Shown here: in pieces, positions 12,201-23,830 of the stretch | Numbering within the stretch: the stretch's first letter is position 1 | Layout of the letters: each line of letters starts with the position of its first letter | Origin: Ramazzottius varieornatus | Lineage: Eukaryota > Animalia > Tardigrada | Reading direction: 5' to 3' | DNA: 64,000 nucleotides | NCBI GenBank assembly: GCA_001949185.1 | Contig: BDGG01000010.1 | Span: forward strand, 597,337-661,336 | The notes under the pieces: generated by a model | Told to the model about the DNA's origin: nothing | What the model saw: only the letters and a program-made list of their open reading frames with translations | The model's database searches: none | Made by a program: the position numbers and the translations under genes

Positions 12201-13697
12201 GCACGAGTTGGAGAGGGAGTACGAAAAGGCCAAGTCGGAACGGCAGCGGACGGGACCTGATGAAGAACTGTACAAGAAGGTTAAGTTTCTGGAGGAGAAC
12301 TGGTCACTGTCGAAGAAAGCACTGGAAAGGAAAGCGGCAGAGGAGGAAGGCCTGATGAACGAGATGGAAGTGACGGGACAAGCGCTGGAGGACATGCAGA
12401 ATCAGAACAAGCAGCTGATCGACCAGTTGAAGGAGAAAGATAACACCAACCTGAAATGGATGACTGACGTAAGAAAATTCCGAAAATTATTGAGTTACAA
12501 GGGAATATCTCCCCTACAAGTTTTGAACTTTTACTTTGTAAGGCCTCAACCTGAAACAGCATTTTCCTGTCCGGCGAGTATCCGCGAACTTTCCTGTTAT
12601 GTTATTTTGGATGGCTTATAAGTTTTTTTGCCCCATCGAAGTGGCGCGCGCGGGCTGTTGTGGGTGGAGAAATAATAATTGGTCGATCTGCATTTGAAAA
12701 TAATCGCGGATGTTCGCCGAATTTAAGTGACATGCTTCTTCCTTCGTAGAATATCCGGAACAACCACATCATCAAAGCGTTGAGGGATGAAAAGCAGGCA
12801 CAGGAAGTGCGTTACCAGACGACATTACAGTGTCTAGAGAAGTATGAGTATCAGTTGAGGCTGGGCGGGGAGAGTCTTCGATGCGTGGAGGAAACCAACA
12901 GGGTCTTGGAGGAAGATCGGAGGCGCTGTGAGGAGAATATGGAGTTATGGAAAAGCAAAGCGCTGGATCGAACGAAGGAAGCCAACGATCTGAAGCTGAA
13001 ACTGGGCCAGCTGGAGAAGGAGCTGGAAAGTGTCAAGACAATGCACGCTGATAAGCTTCGCGCGAAGGAAGCAGACGCTGGACGAAATAAACGACTCGTG
13101 GTGCGTCATGATCTCCTTTTTACAGTTTACGTTGATTTTGAAGAGTGAGAAAAGGTTTCTAAAAGTAAACAGATTATTTTCAAGGAGAAGCTTCAAAATT
13201 AAGACAGTTGAAAGACTTTCACGTTTCTGCATACATCGAATTTTCAGTTTAGTTTGGTTCGTCTGTATGCAGGTTTCTGACGCGTTCATATATTTTGTCT
13301 GTCAACCATTCGAAACAGCTTTGAGAGCGAAAAAGGTGCCGCCTGATTTGTCTTTGGCTGTTGAACTTGATGTTCTGGCCTTCTTTGGGTTCTAATTCGA
13401 AGTTTCGCTTTGCAGGAAGAGAACACCGAGCTGAAGAGGAAGTTGGACAGAGCTAAATTGATCGAGAACGCTGGTTCTAGCGATACCATCCTCCAAGAAG
13501 AAATCCGCGAGTATCACCAGCTTCTCAACTGTCAGTCTTGTAAAGCAGCTCGCAAAGATACTGTTCTTACCTCATGTTACCATGTATTCTGTCATTCCTG
13601 CATATCGAAGCGCTACGAGCTGAGAGAACGGCGGTGTCCGTCGTGCTCGGTCAGTTTTAGCGCGAACCAAATTCATCGGCTGTACCTCGGCACGTAA
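9226..13697 (+). CDS. BRE1: E3 ubiquitin ligase BRE1 (RNF20/RNF40 family), multi-exon
   Basis: EMEVKVLKFQNRKL..; long coiled coils; EEEGLMNEMEVTGQALEDMQNQNKQLIDQLKEKDNTNLKWM; C-terminal RING LQEEIREYHQLLNCQSCK..KDTVLTSCYHVFCHSCISKRYELRERRCPSC. Confidence 0.95.
11828..11920. repeat. Family A palindromic element in a BRE1 intron
   Basis: atcgttttcctaggtggcgcac-N25-gtgcggcactggaga..gatcatgttcattctgtttgcccagct. Confidence 0.75.
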
Positions 13698-14550
13698 AAG
13701 CCCACCCTTATTTTGTACATTTAGTGTTTGATAAGACGTTTCTTCTTCAGTATCATTGAGCACAAGCATCTCTTGTTTTTAGCACGGTCTGTTTTGTCCC
13801 AACACTTTCTTCTGTTCATTTTGATTTTACCATCTTTTGTTGATTCTCGACGACGGAAATACAGAAATATTTGATTCGCTAATTTATTAAATTATTACAA
13901 AATGCCTTCCGTGTCGGGAACGGTTTCCTGGATGAATGTAAGTAATTTGAGCAGGGAGGAAATACACTGTTGAGTGGTGTTGGTGGTTTTAGTCGATCCA
14001 GCGAGTTGTTTGGCAAATTATTCAACTGTCTTCGATTTTCTTCATTCTCTTGAGTATCGATCCTGGGCTTGATTTGTGGATGCCAAGGACTTGAAGAGGT
14101 TAACGGTGGTGATCGTCTTGATGGAGTTGCTGAAGCAAAATCGTTAGTGTACGCCATCAAGACTTTTATACGCTCGAATTTCTTCCTGTGAGCGGGTTCG
14201 GCTTTGCAGATCCTAATCAAGTGATTGGCCCAATCGATAGGCGTAGCCAATCCTCCGTCAACTGAGTATGGTGCGTTTTCGCAGAAATCAAGTCTTTCAC
14301 TCGACCAGCTTCGCACACGATGACCTCGATTTCTATCTTACGTGGTCCAACAACATCAGAGAGCTGTGACGTCATCGGTCAGATAAAGTAAGTCAACCGG
14401 AAACAGCTGCCTGGAGCTTTTTACGATTTTTTCCTGCTGTCGTCGTTGTCCCTGCGGTGGGTGAGTAACAAAGTCTGAAGTTTGATGCGCTAATCGAGTG
14501 TAAAGAGGTCCATCTGATTCCGTTCTCTACAAGTTGCATCATCAGCAGGC

Positions 14551-15947
14551 ATGGCTCCCGGATTCAGCGTTTCGTCGGATCAGACGGATGATCCTCCTGC
14601 TGTCATCCCGGACTCCCATCCTGTTGCTTTGGCGGTCGTCAACCCTATCTCAAACGATGCAGTACTGCCTGTGGCAGAGGTGCTGGCTACTGTGATACCG
14701 CCAGCAGCGAGGAGCACTGCAAAATCCTACCTTCCTTCTCGAAAAGCCGTCAAAGGCGTCGTTGCTGGTGGAATAACGGGAGGCATTGAAATTGTGAGCA
14801 AATTTCGCTTAACTTGGCTCATACTCTGACGTTTTTGCTTATTTCCTGTTTTTATAGTGCATAACCTTCCCTACGGAGTACGTCAAAACTCAGCTTCAGC
14901 TCGACGACAAAGCAGCAAAGTCAGGGAAGCCAAAGTATGCAACGTTTCCGGTCATCCCTTGTCTGGTAGTCTTGTGATTTAACGTTGCACTTTGATCAAT
15001 CAAATTCAAACAGGTATAATGGAATCATCGACTGTGTGAAGCAAACTGTGCGGCAGAACGGAATTACCGGATTGTACCGCGGGCTTCCTGTTTTGATTTA
15101 TGGCTCAATACCAAAGTCTGCAGTACGCTTTGGAGCATTCGAAGAATTCAAGAAAAGGAATGTCGATGCCAAAGGAAACCTTTCCGGAGGAGGAAGACTA
15201 TTTTGCGGGCTGGGTGCCGGTATCTGTGAAGCCATCTTCGCAGTCACTCCAATGGAAACTGTTAAAGTAAAGTTCATCCACGACCAAAATTCACCTAATC
15301 CAAAATACAAAGGATTCTTTCATGGTGTACGGAGCATCGTAAAGCAAGAAGGTAATATTTTTCGGGATGAAATGAATATTCTCCAGATGGTCGGAGTTTT
15401 TTTCGCCTGATTGAGCCTCGCTCCGACATAGCCACAAGACTAACAGATTTTTCCTCTCTTCAGGTATCGGAGGCGTCTACAAAGGCGTAACAGCAACCAT
15501 CATGAAGCAGGGCAGCAACCAAGCCATAAGGTTCTATGTCGTAGAGAGTTTAAAGAACTGGTATACCGGTGGAGATAGCAAGAAAAAGATCAACAAGGCC
15601 GTTGTTGGGGTTTTTGGTGCCGTTGCTGGTGCAGCTTCCGTTTTCGGAAACACGCCGTTGGACGTAGTAAAGACCAGGATGCAAGGCCTGGAAGCTAGTA
15701 AATATCGAAATACGTTGGACTGCGCCTACCAGATTGCAACAAAGGAAGGAGCAGCAGCGTACGGAAGCCTCTACAAATTATGAAGAAGATAGTTTGCGAA
15801 GTATCACTTCCTTGTTTGATTGGTGTCTTTTGCAGGTTTTACAAAGGGACTGTGCCACGGTTGGGACGTGTGTGCCTTGACGTGGCCATTACGTTCATGA
15901 TTTACGATTCCTTTATGGAGCTTTTTAACAAAGTATGGAAAGATTAG
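14551..15947 (+). CDS. SLC25A1: Mitochondrial tricarboxylate (citrate) carrier, multi-exon
   Basis: [13 protein letters not shown]|[90 protein letters not shown]; stop at 15945-15947. Confidence 0.97.
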
Positions 15948-16392
15948 GCAATTTTATCGCGAGCTCTCGAAGGAAAAGAGGAAATTTTACCTATCCGTAA
16001 CTATTTATTCCGCAGTGAGCGTATTTTAATTCTTTCTGTCACTGGTGATGTTAACTAACATTCTCTGTCACAAATTTTATTGTCGAGTAGCCTTGTCTTT
16101 GAGTTAGGAGTATTAATTTCCTTGTTATTTATTTGCATGACAAAAGCCGAATCGTCCTGATTTTATGCGGGAAGAAAAGACGAACAAGGAAGAACAAACT
16201 TTTGCTGTTTTATAATTATGTTCTGCGTAGAGATGGTAGGTTGAAAGCACGGAGTAACTGTCAAGTCCTGTGATACGAACCCCCTAAGGTAACTAAACTA
16301 AAATTTTCCAGGAGTGTTAAACAGTGATAAACACGAAAAGCAGAATATTGCACTCAGGTCAACACGATTAACTCAAACAAGGTTTCCCTCAG

Positions 16393-17049
16393 TCAAGAGA
16401 GGGCCTTTGTAATTCGCCAAATCAGAACGCCAACCGTGGCAAACGGTAAGATAACAGGAACCATGCGTAACGTCTTCTGAAACCTTGAGTTGGCAGCCTT
16501 GAGGATGAGCGGTCCTTGTTGGTCAGAGTAGAAAAAGTGGTCTGGGTTAAGCTGGAACCCGTTCGTCTTGAGCTTCTTCCCCAACACCTTATACCTCAAC
16601 GTGGGGTCTTTCATGTAGAGTGCTCCGTAGAAGCACCCCGTCACGATTGACATTCCCAGGAGGGGGACACTCGCAGGTATGGTGCGGGTGTTGAAGGCCA
16701 TCACAGCTGATGCAAGGCTACCCGTAATCGCGAAGAATCTGCACAAGTTACCCCGATGGACATTCTTGGATATCTCGTCCGCGTACGCTGAGTCGATTAT
16801 TATGAAGGGAGGGTTGGCTTCGACGGCGAGTTCGAGCTCAGAGAAGATCCACGCAACGCCGTTACCGTTGGTTTGGGTAGGGGGAAGAGACTGGCTGTGG
16901 ACGACAGCTCCGCTTTCGGACTGGGAGTCCCCGTGGCCGTTTCCGTTACCATTCCCGTTGCCGTTCCCGCTGATACTGCTGTATGAGCTGGGAGATCGTG
17001 CTGGCTGATCTCGAATCAGGACAAAAGGACCCTTGACCTGTTCTGCCAT
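16393..17049 (-). CDS. TMEM11: TMEM11/PMI-like mitochondrial membrane protein, single coding exon, divergent
   Basis: SELELAVEANPPFIIID..ADEISKNVHRGNLCRFFAITG..CFYGALYMKDPTLRYKV..PLILKAANSRFQKTL resembles TMEM11 (ELEQALEA..IVIE..DET.RWI.VGNCLHK..DPCCKYQV..PVVLVRKD). Confidence 0.75.
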   Translation of the reverse strand: MAEQVKGPFVLIRDQPARSPSSYSSISGNGNGNGNGNGHGDSQSESGAVVHSQSLPPTQTNGNGVAWIFSELELAVEANPPFIIIDSAYADEISKNVHRGNLCRFFAITGSLASAVMAFNTRTIPASVPLLGMSIVTGCFYGALYMKDPTLRYKVLGKKLKTNGFQLNPDHFFYSDQQGPLILKAANSRFQKTLRMVPVILPFATVGVLIWRITKALS

Positions 17050-17857
17050 TTTGGATAAGGAAGAAGAACGCCTAGCATCATCTGCAAAGCGGAATGATCA
17101 CGTGAACGAATCAAGCCGTTCAATCAACTGAGATAGAGCAAACTGAAAACAACCGCGCATGACGTTATAAAGAATGCCTCACATAAAGCATAATGCACTG
17201 CAAGAGCGTTTGACAACCGTAACGTCATGCGCTGACCACGGTGAGATTTACTTTCCAGGCCAGTGGGATTTCCATCAGATGATGGTATCCTTCCCGGCCA
17301 AGTTATGTAGCAAGTTTTTCAGATGCGGATTTACCTCTGACATTAACACCTCTCCATTCCGCTTCCGGGACCAAAGAGCATCGGCGGTGAATTAGATAAA
17401 TTTTGCCGAAGTTGTAGAAGAAATGGACGAGAGGTCCGCACGAGTTTACAACAACATCGAATTTGTCGGTATCGTCCGATCTCAGAAAGTCCATGCAGCC
17501 ACATCAATGTAGCTAAAACGCTTGTATTTTATCAACATGATCATGTAGAACAAAGATAAAGAAGAAGGCAGCTGAAGTTCTTAGCTCTATAAAATTACGC
17601 TCTTCGCTCCATTTTTCCACTTCGAATTTTGCTGGAAGAAAAAACGAACGAAGGTTACCAGACGGTAGACGCAGTGGCTCTTGTCCCAGTAACCTTGTGT
17701 GATGGCATGACATGACATCACACGTCTTACCGTCAGGGTCCACAAGTAATCAACAATCAAGCGACAAGGTAGAGTAATTCTCGGCGAACAGCTCGCACAA
17801 TCTTCCGAGGAACACACTTCTTCCTTCCTTTTTCTGTACTATCCCAACTCTGTCGCA

Positions 17858-20180
17858 ATGCGGCCTCTCCTGGTTCTCGCTCTAATTCTTTTATTCATTG
17901 CTGCTGTACAGGGAAAACCGAACGAAGATGAGGATCAGCCGGTTACAGTGAATGACGACGACGACGACTTTGCCGAGTTTGATGAAGAGGAGTTAGAAAA
18001 TGGGCCAACGACCAAAGCACCGCCGATCGATACTACAGCTCGAGATGACGTTGTGCCCAAGTCTCGAGAGAGCACGAAACAGGGAGACTCTGAAACTGCG
18101 CAGCAGAATGTTCGGGAAGAAGCAAAAGAGTTTGACGAGGACGATGCCAAAGTGGAAAACGAAGAAGATGTTGAGGACGACGACGACGAGGCGCGGTTAG
18201 AGGTAGCTAGACTGGCGCAAAACCGCTCCACCAAGCTTCAAAGCGTCTCTGTTTAAGGTTGAGAACGACAGAGAAGAATATGATCCCCTCGAATTTGAAG
18301 GTTTCGAGGAGGATGCACCAACTGGAGCTGGGAGAGGTGTTTCGAAGCAACCCGATCTAAAGATCGCTGAGGTATGAAGTTCAGATGGATTGCTATGACG
18401 TACCGAGTTGTGTGCGCTGTTTTCAGGCTTATAATAGAGCGCAGCTGCGACATTACTACGTCATGGGTCAGTCTGACTGTTGACTTGCGTATTACGTGTT
18501 TTTGTCTTTTTTAGGTGCCGATTGTTGCAGGAAGAAACTGGGAGCATTACATGGTGGAATATCTGCTGACAGGTTGTCTTTTACTATACCTTATCTGGTA
18601 CGCTTCTGGGAAGACTACGAATTCGAAGCTTTGCGACGCGTGGTTGGCATCCAATTTGGATATCCTCAAGAACCAGTTCTCACTCATCGGTAAGTTATAC
18701 TTTTCGGAATTTTCGTTATCTTTCGCTGGGTCGAAATGAAGATCGCTGATCGGACCAAAAGGGATCTGTCTTTTTCCAGGTGACGAAGGCACTTCGAAAG
18801 AAATCCAAACCTCCGAATCGATTCTGGACGGAGAAGGTGGCCAAGGTCTTCAGTTCATCAAGGAAGCTGACCATGTCTTCAGTCTGTGGTGCAGTGGGCG
18901 GCTGCATGTGGAAGGCATGATTGTGACACTCAAGCTGAAGAAGCGTCAGGACCTGATCAACTCGTTCTGGAGAATAATTCGGCCCACTAACGACCAGTTG
19001 GTACATTCGAAAGCTCGTTGACAAACTCATCAATATCGTTTTCCAAGTGGCGCACGCTTCAGTGTTGTTGGTTGGAAGTGCGCGCCACGGGAGAAAAAAG
19101 TCTCGTCGAATTTGCTTTCCCAGCTACTGCTCACTAAAATGAACTGTTTCTGCAGGTTCTTCGAGTTTACATGGAGAAAGAAGATATGGACACGTTCGTT
19201 CTGTGCCTTGGGAAAAAGTCCGCCACCGCTCGGCTTCAGAAAGAAATGACCGAATTAGGTGCCTTCTGTCCGGAACGTAAAGGAGGAGAGCGGTTTGGAA
19301 TGTCGCCGTCCTTCAACGTCTCCGCGGAACTGGCAGAGTCTTTTGCGGCGATTTTTGACCAAAAAGTATGAAGATGAAATTTTCAGAAGCGTCAGCAGTT
19401 TTTCGACGCTTTTGTTACAGGTTATCGCGGTCCTGGAGCAATACGAAAGCGAGGTCGAATATCTCTTCTTTTCTGACCAATGGACACCGAAGGTTGACGA
19501 GACGCAAAAGGAAAAGCAGCTGAAGCGACCTGAACCTTCCAAAGTTTTGCAGTTCTGTTTCAATCGTAAGTTTGTCTCTCTCAGCTTTTCTTCTGTACGT
19601 TTTCGATACGCTGAAAGTTGAGGGCGAGAGTTTGGTTTGCAGTTCCAAAAGATAACCGATCTCCAGTAGAAGTGATGGAACACATGCGGCCACTGCTGCA
19701 GCTCTCTTTGTATTTGATTGACAAAGTCAACCGATATCGTGTCAGTCGTGAGGTAAGGCGGGTCTGCCATGATCCTTCTGGTTTCTTCCTTTTTCTACGG
19801 TTTATTTAGCTCCTGTATCCGAGCTGCTTTGTAGGCCAAAGTGAAAGCCGAGAAAAACCGTCAAGCTATCCAGGAGGAGTTCTTGAAGAGTACTCACGCG
19901 CAGCGACAAGAAGCAGCGCAGCAGAGAAGGGAAGACAAACGTCGGGAAGAAAAGAAGAAGATCCAGGAAGAGGAGGACCCAGAGAAGCAGAGGAAATTAG
20001 AGGTAAAATATTCCCTCCGTTTGTTTGTGATAGACTTAGCACGAGCTACGTTTCCATTTAGCTTCGCCAACTGTCGTGATCCTTTTATGTATTTTCCATA
20101 CTTTTCAGGAAAAGGATTACAGGCGCGAACTGAAGAAGCGTGGACCCAAAGTGAAAGCCATCAAAGTTAAGTCCATGTGA
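17858..20180 (+). CDS. CCDC47: PAT complex subunit CCDC47 (calumin), multi-exon
   Basis: Signal peptide; acidic [11 protein letters not shown]; TM segment then [21 protein letters not shown]; SLWCSGR; LKLKKRQDL; FSDQ; [34 protein letters not shown]; ends [10 protein letters not shown]. Confidence 0.95.
19035..19125. repeat. Family A palindromic element in a CCDC47 intron
   Basis: atcgttttccaagtggcgcac-N24-gcgcgccacgggagaaaa..tcgtcgaatttgctttcccagct. Confidence 0.8.
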
Positions 20181-21829
20181 ATCGCTTTCAGTTTTTGGAA
20201 CTTACTTTCTTCCAAAGAATCTTCGGCGTAAACTGCAGTAACTCACCACCATGCACTCTTGTTGACAAGTTTCCCTTTCCCATGTCTGAGCTCTGTCCCT
20301 GACTTGGCAGTGGCTGACGTTTTAACGTGATACTGTTTCCTGCAGCTGAAGCGTAAAGAGACAGAATACAAAACAGGAAGTACTGGTTCAGAGTTCATCT
20401 TGTATGCTGAATGATCATGATGAGGCCAGTTGAACAGACTCCTCGGGAGTAAATGAGCAGATCGTGCATGCTCGCGCATTAGCCGGCTGTTCGTGTTGCT
20501 GCAGGAAATACATCGCGATGATTTCCATTCAACCATGCGGTTGGGAACAATGTTATAGCGCTTATGAGGTTGTTAATTGACTTGCCATATCAGCTCGCAC
20601 GGGAAATCGGAAGCTGTGAAGTATGATAGTGGGATTTGGCATGCTCAGTGGCGGTTGGTTAGGGGGTTCGTTAGAGTAGTTCCCAGCACCGGAGTACGTA
20701 CTCACGGGTTATTTATCGGCTGACATTCATTTGTTGACAGCTGGGTGGTCCTGCTGCTACGGTTTCCCATCCATAAGTTCCAACAGTGGGAGGACTAGCA
20801 CTGGCAGCAAATAGTCTTCCTGGGTGGTTCAGTACTTCGTGGGACGGCTCAGCGGTTTGGAGTTCCTTGAGGGAGTGTGTGCGGTACTCGGATGTGAACT
20901 AACCCCGGGCTGTGCGTCTGATTATATGATACCTATTTGTGATCAACAATCTTGAAATTGAACCAATTACCTGTAAATTCCTAGTTCCGCACTGCTGAAG
21001 AAAGTGCGAATGGTTCGGCTCTGTTTGATATCGCAAGGTCAGTCTCGCTCTGCATTGAGTACCTTTCGCTGCTTCATACCCGGAAGTTATTGATAATCAC
21101 TCGAGACCGTAGCTTGAGATACGGATTATGCTACTTTTCTATCTTAGTGGATAGATTCTTAACGACAGCGCGGAACGAACGAGCGCTGGAAAAGGTCCGA
21201 AAATTTCTCTTTTGGTGTTTTCAGAAGTTTGACTCTTTGAGCCTTTGACCAGAATTTACGATGGACAATCGACTGTTTTTCTGTGACCCACAGACACTGC
21301 ACAGTATGAAGCCTTCTCGAAGTCGGGGAGCTAAGTCGCAAAGTCGTTTAGTCATGTAACTGACAACTTGGCAGACAATCTCGGACGATCGAATTATCTC
21401 CTTAATCGAGTCCTCATGGCCTTCGGAACAAACACAAGTGTATGTTTTCGTTTTTCACACTCTCAAAAGCGTGTAATCATTTTCCATTCGACGCAAGCTG
21501 CTTCAATACCTAATCAAAATTTTACGACATTCTTTCATGCATTACAACGACCATAAAATCATGCAGTATTTTCATACCTCAAGTTCGCGCTTCTGTCTTT
21601 TAGCTCCTGTGGCGGAAAGATTCGTTCCATTAAGTCCTTTCAACACTCCCAACAGCGCATTCCCTCAGCTGTCATGAATGACTCGAATCAGTAGCGACTG
21701 ATTTTATGTTTTTTCGTAGTTTCCTCTGACACTTCACTATGTTGAACGTGATGAGTACTGACGAATTGAAGTGTCATGCCGAGTAAGATGGAACATTCAT
21801 CAACATGGAGACTCCATTCATCCCGTTAA

Positions 21830-23123
21830 ATGCCTCCGACACCGCAGCCACCGACACCCTACGCCGGCACCAAGCGTCTCCAGCACCTTCGTAACGCCTG
21901 CATTGTCCTCTGCTTCCTGAATGTCCTGACCGGACTGGTGTCCAGTGGGTTCACAGTGGCGGCCTTGGTGCAAAAGTTCGGGGGAGAGCAAGTAACCAAT
22001 AGTCTGTACCTGATGTTGGTGGCTAATCTGGGTCTGACGGCGGCTGGAGTTTTGGGTATTGCTGGGCTTCGCAATGGGTCTTCGAAGCTCTTGACAGCCT
22101 GGTTTATCCTGATGGTGATAGTGGCGCTGCTGTATGTGGGAACGGTCGTGTACACACATTTGAACTTGACGGAATTGCGAATCAAGGTCGCCAAAGCCAT
22201 AAAGAATTTTATGATGATGTATGGCAGCTATTTGGGACGGTACCATAATGGGTGAGCCTGTGCATCGAGATGTTGTAGAAAGCTTTTCTGAAAGTCAGTG
22301 TAGAAAAGTGGCTTACAGAAAGCAGGCGTTTAAACCTGCTGTAGCGAGCATCAAGAAAGCCGGACTGCCAGACAATATCGACAGTAAACAAGAGACACCA
22401 CTTTTTCGTTTTGTAGGGATGCCACGTTGGACGAAATGCAGAAGAACCGTGGCTGTTGCGGTGTCCAGTCGCCTCTTGAATGGAAAACCACCAAATACGC
22501 AGTACGAATGGATCGGCCTTTGCGTTTCTTTCTTGAGGTTCCGGATTTCTGCTCGGAGCTCGATCATAAATAATGCTTTTTTTTCTGCAGAAGATACCCG
22601 ATTCCTGTTGTGCCGTGTCGAAAGACTGCAACATCGTGACAAGGCGGAACATTTCCTTTCAGGTATGCTTACTGTACCAAGTACAAGGCTCCCCGCCAGG
22701 TGTCGCCATGTCATTCGTCATGGCGCTGGTTGTTCTACTGTACGAGTCCTGAGAACTTTGGTCTTGGGGAAGACGAGTAGAAGTTTATCGGTTTTCCCAT
22801 TCTTTAGGCAGCTTATACCATACTGGTCAGTCTGAACCAGCCAATGCGACCCGTCTTTCACGACTGCGGCTGTGTGGGCCCAATGACGGCCCTACCCCAA
22901 AGCGCCAACGATGTGATAATTCCTAGTTCTCGTAAGAACCATCTCGTTTTATCTGCTACTGTATCAGCCCTCCTTCGAAGGCAAACCTGTCGGTGTGACT
23001 TCGGTAGTCGTCCAGGCCATCAAACTAATGCTTATTTCCGTAGTGGCGATCTCGAGCCTGTGCGCATTCACCTATGTGCTGATGGCGGTCTACTGCTGCG
23101 TACTTCACTACGCTTCCCTGTGA
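21830..23123 (+). CDS. Divergent tetraspanin, ~5 exons
   Basis: Three TM helices in exon 1 (21830-22251). LDEMQKNRGCCGV (CCG motif, ~22418-22501), KIPDSCC (PxSCC, 22591-22662), HDCGCV, and TM4 AIKLMLISVVAISSLCAFTYVLMAVYCCV; stop at 23121-23123. Confidence 0.85.
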
Positions 23124-23830
23124 AACGCACAGTGCCAAAAGTTAAACAGTTCCTCGTAAAACCTCTCACATATCTGACAGGATTTTTCCCTAGTATGAAG
23201 TTTATGACAGATTTTCTGTGCAGCAAAAACTTGAACATAAAAAATTCGGCGTTGCGGCCTGTCGATACGTTAAGTTGCATTTGCCACCGACGAAGGCGGA
23301 TCTTTGAATAATTTTGCCTCAAGGTACACTGGTGCTTTATCGTACTGTCTACTGAATTAAAGATCACAACAAACGTTTTTTTTTACGGTACGCTCGTTTG
23401 ACGTTTTGATCATTTGCAACCTGATTACGGAAGTTTTCTTTCGCCACTTGTTCCAACAAGCATTCCATGCCCAGAAAAGGTGTCGTGCTTACCGCCAGAT
23501 CTTGTTCGAACCTCAACAACCTTTTCAGTTCTTTCTACCGTCAACATTGATCTCCAAAGGCCCGGCCCTCAGCTACGTTTTGCTGGAAATCGATCATATC
23601 TACTACATAGGTTTGCTCATTGTCTAAAGATTGCCCCAACTGTACGATGAGAAAGGATTTATATTCCACTTTCCATTAGAAAACAAGCATTTGTAGTGTC
23701 GAACGCGAAATGGAATCTTCCTGAATAGTAGCTGGATATATCCAGCTCTTCAATATGAATATTCTGTAAGCGAAAGAACTCTGTATATGGTCTTCTAAAA
23801 ATCTTCTTTCGGCCATTTTCGGCTTGATTT

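Noticed and set aside
13879-14316. 145-aa minus-strand ORF between BRE1 and SLC25A1
   Set aside because: No recognisable domain, a non-ATG start and no convincing splice structure.
20540-21000. G-rich intergenic stretch considered as a structured ncRNA (RNase P/MRP, snRNA) or small gene
   Set aside because: No conserved ncRNA motifs found, and reading frames are interrupted by stops.
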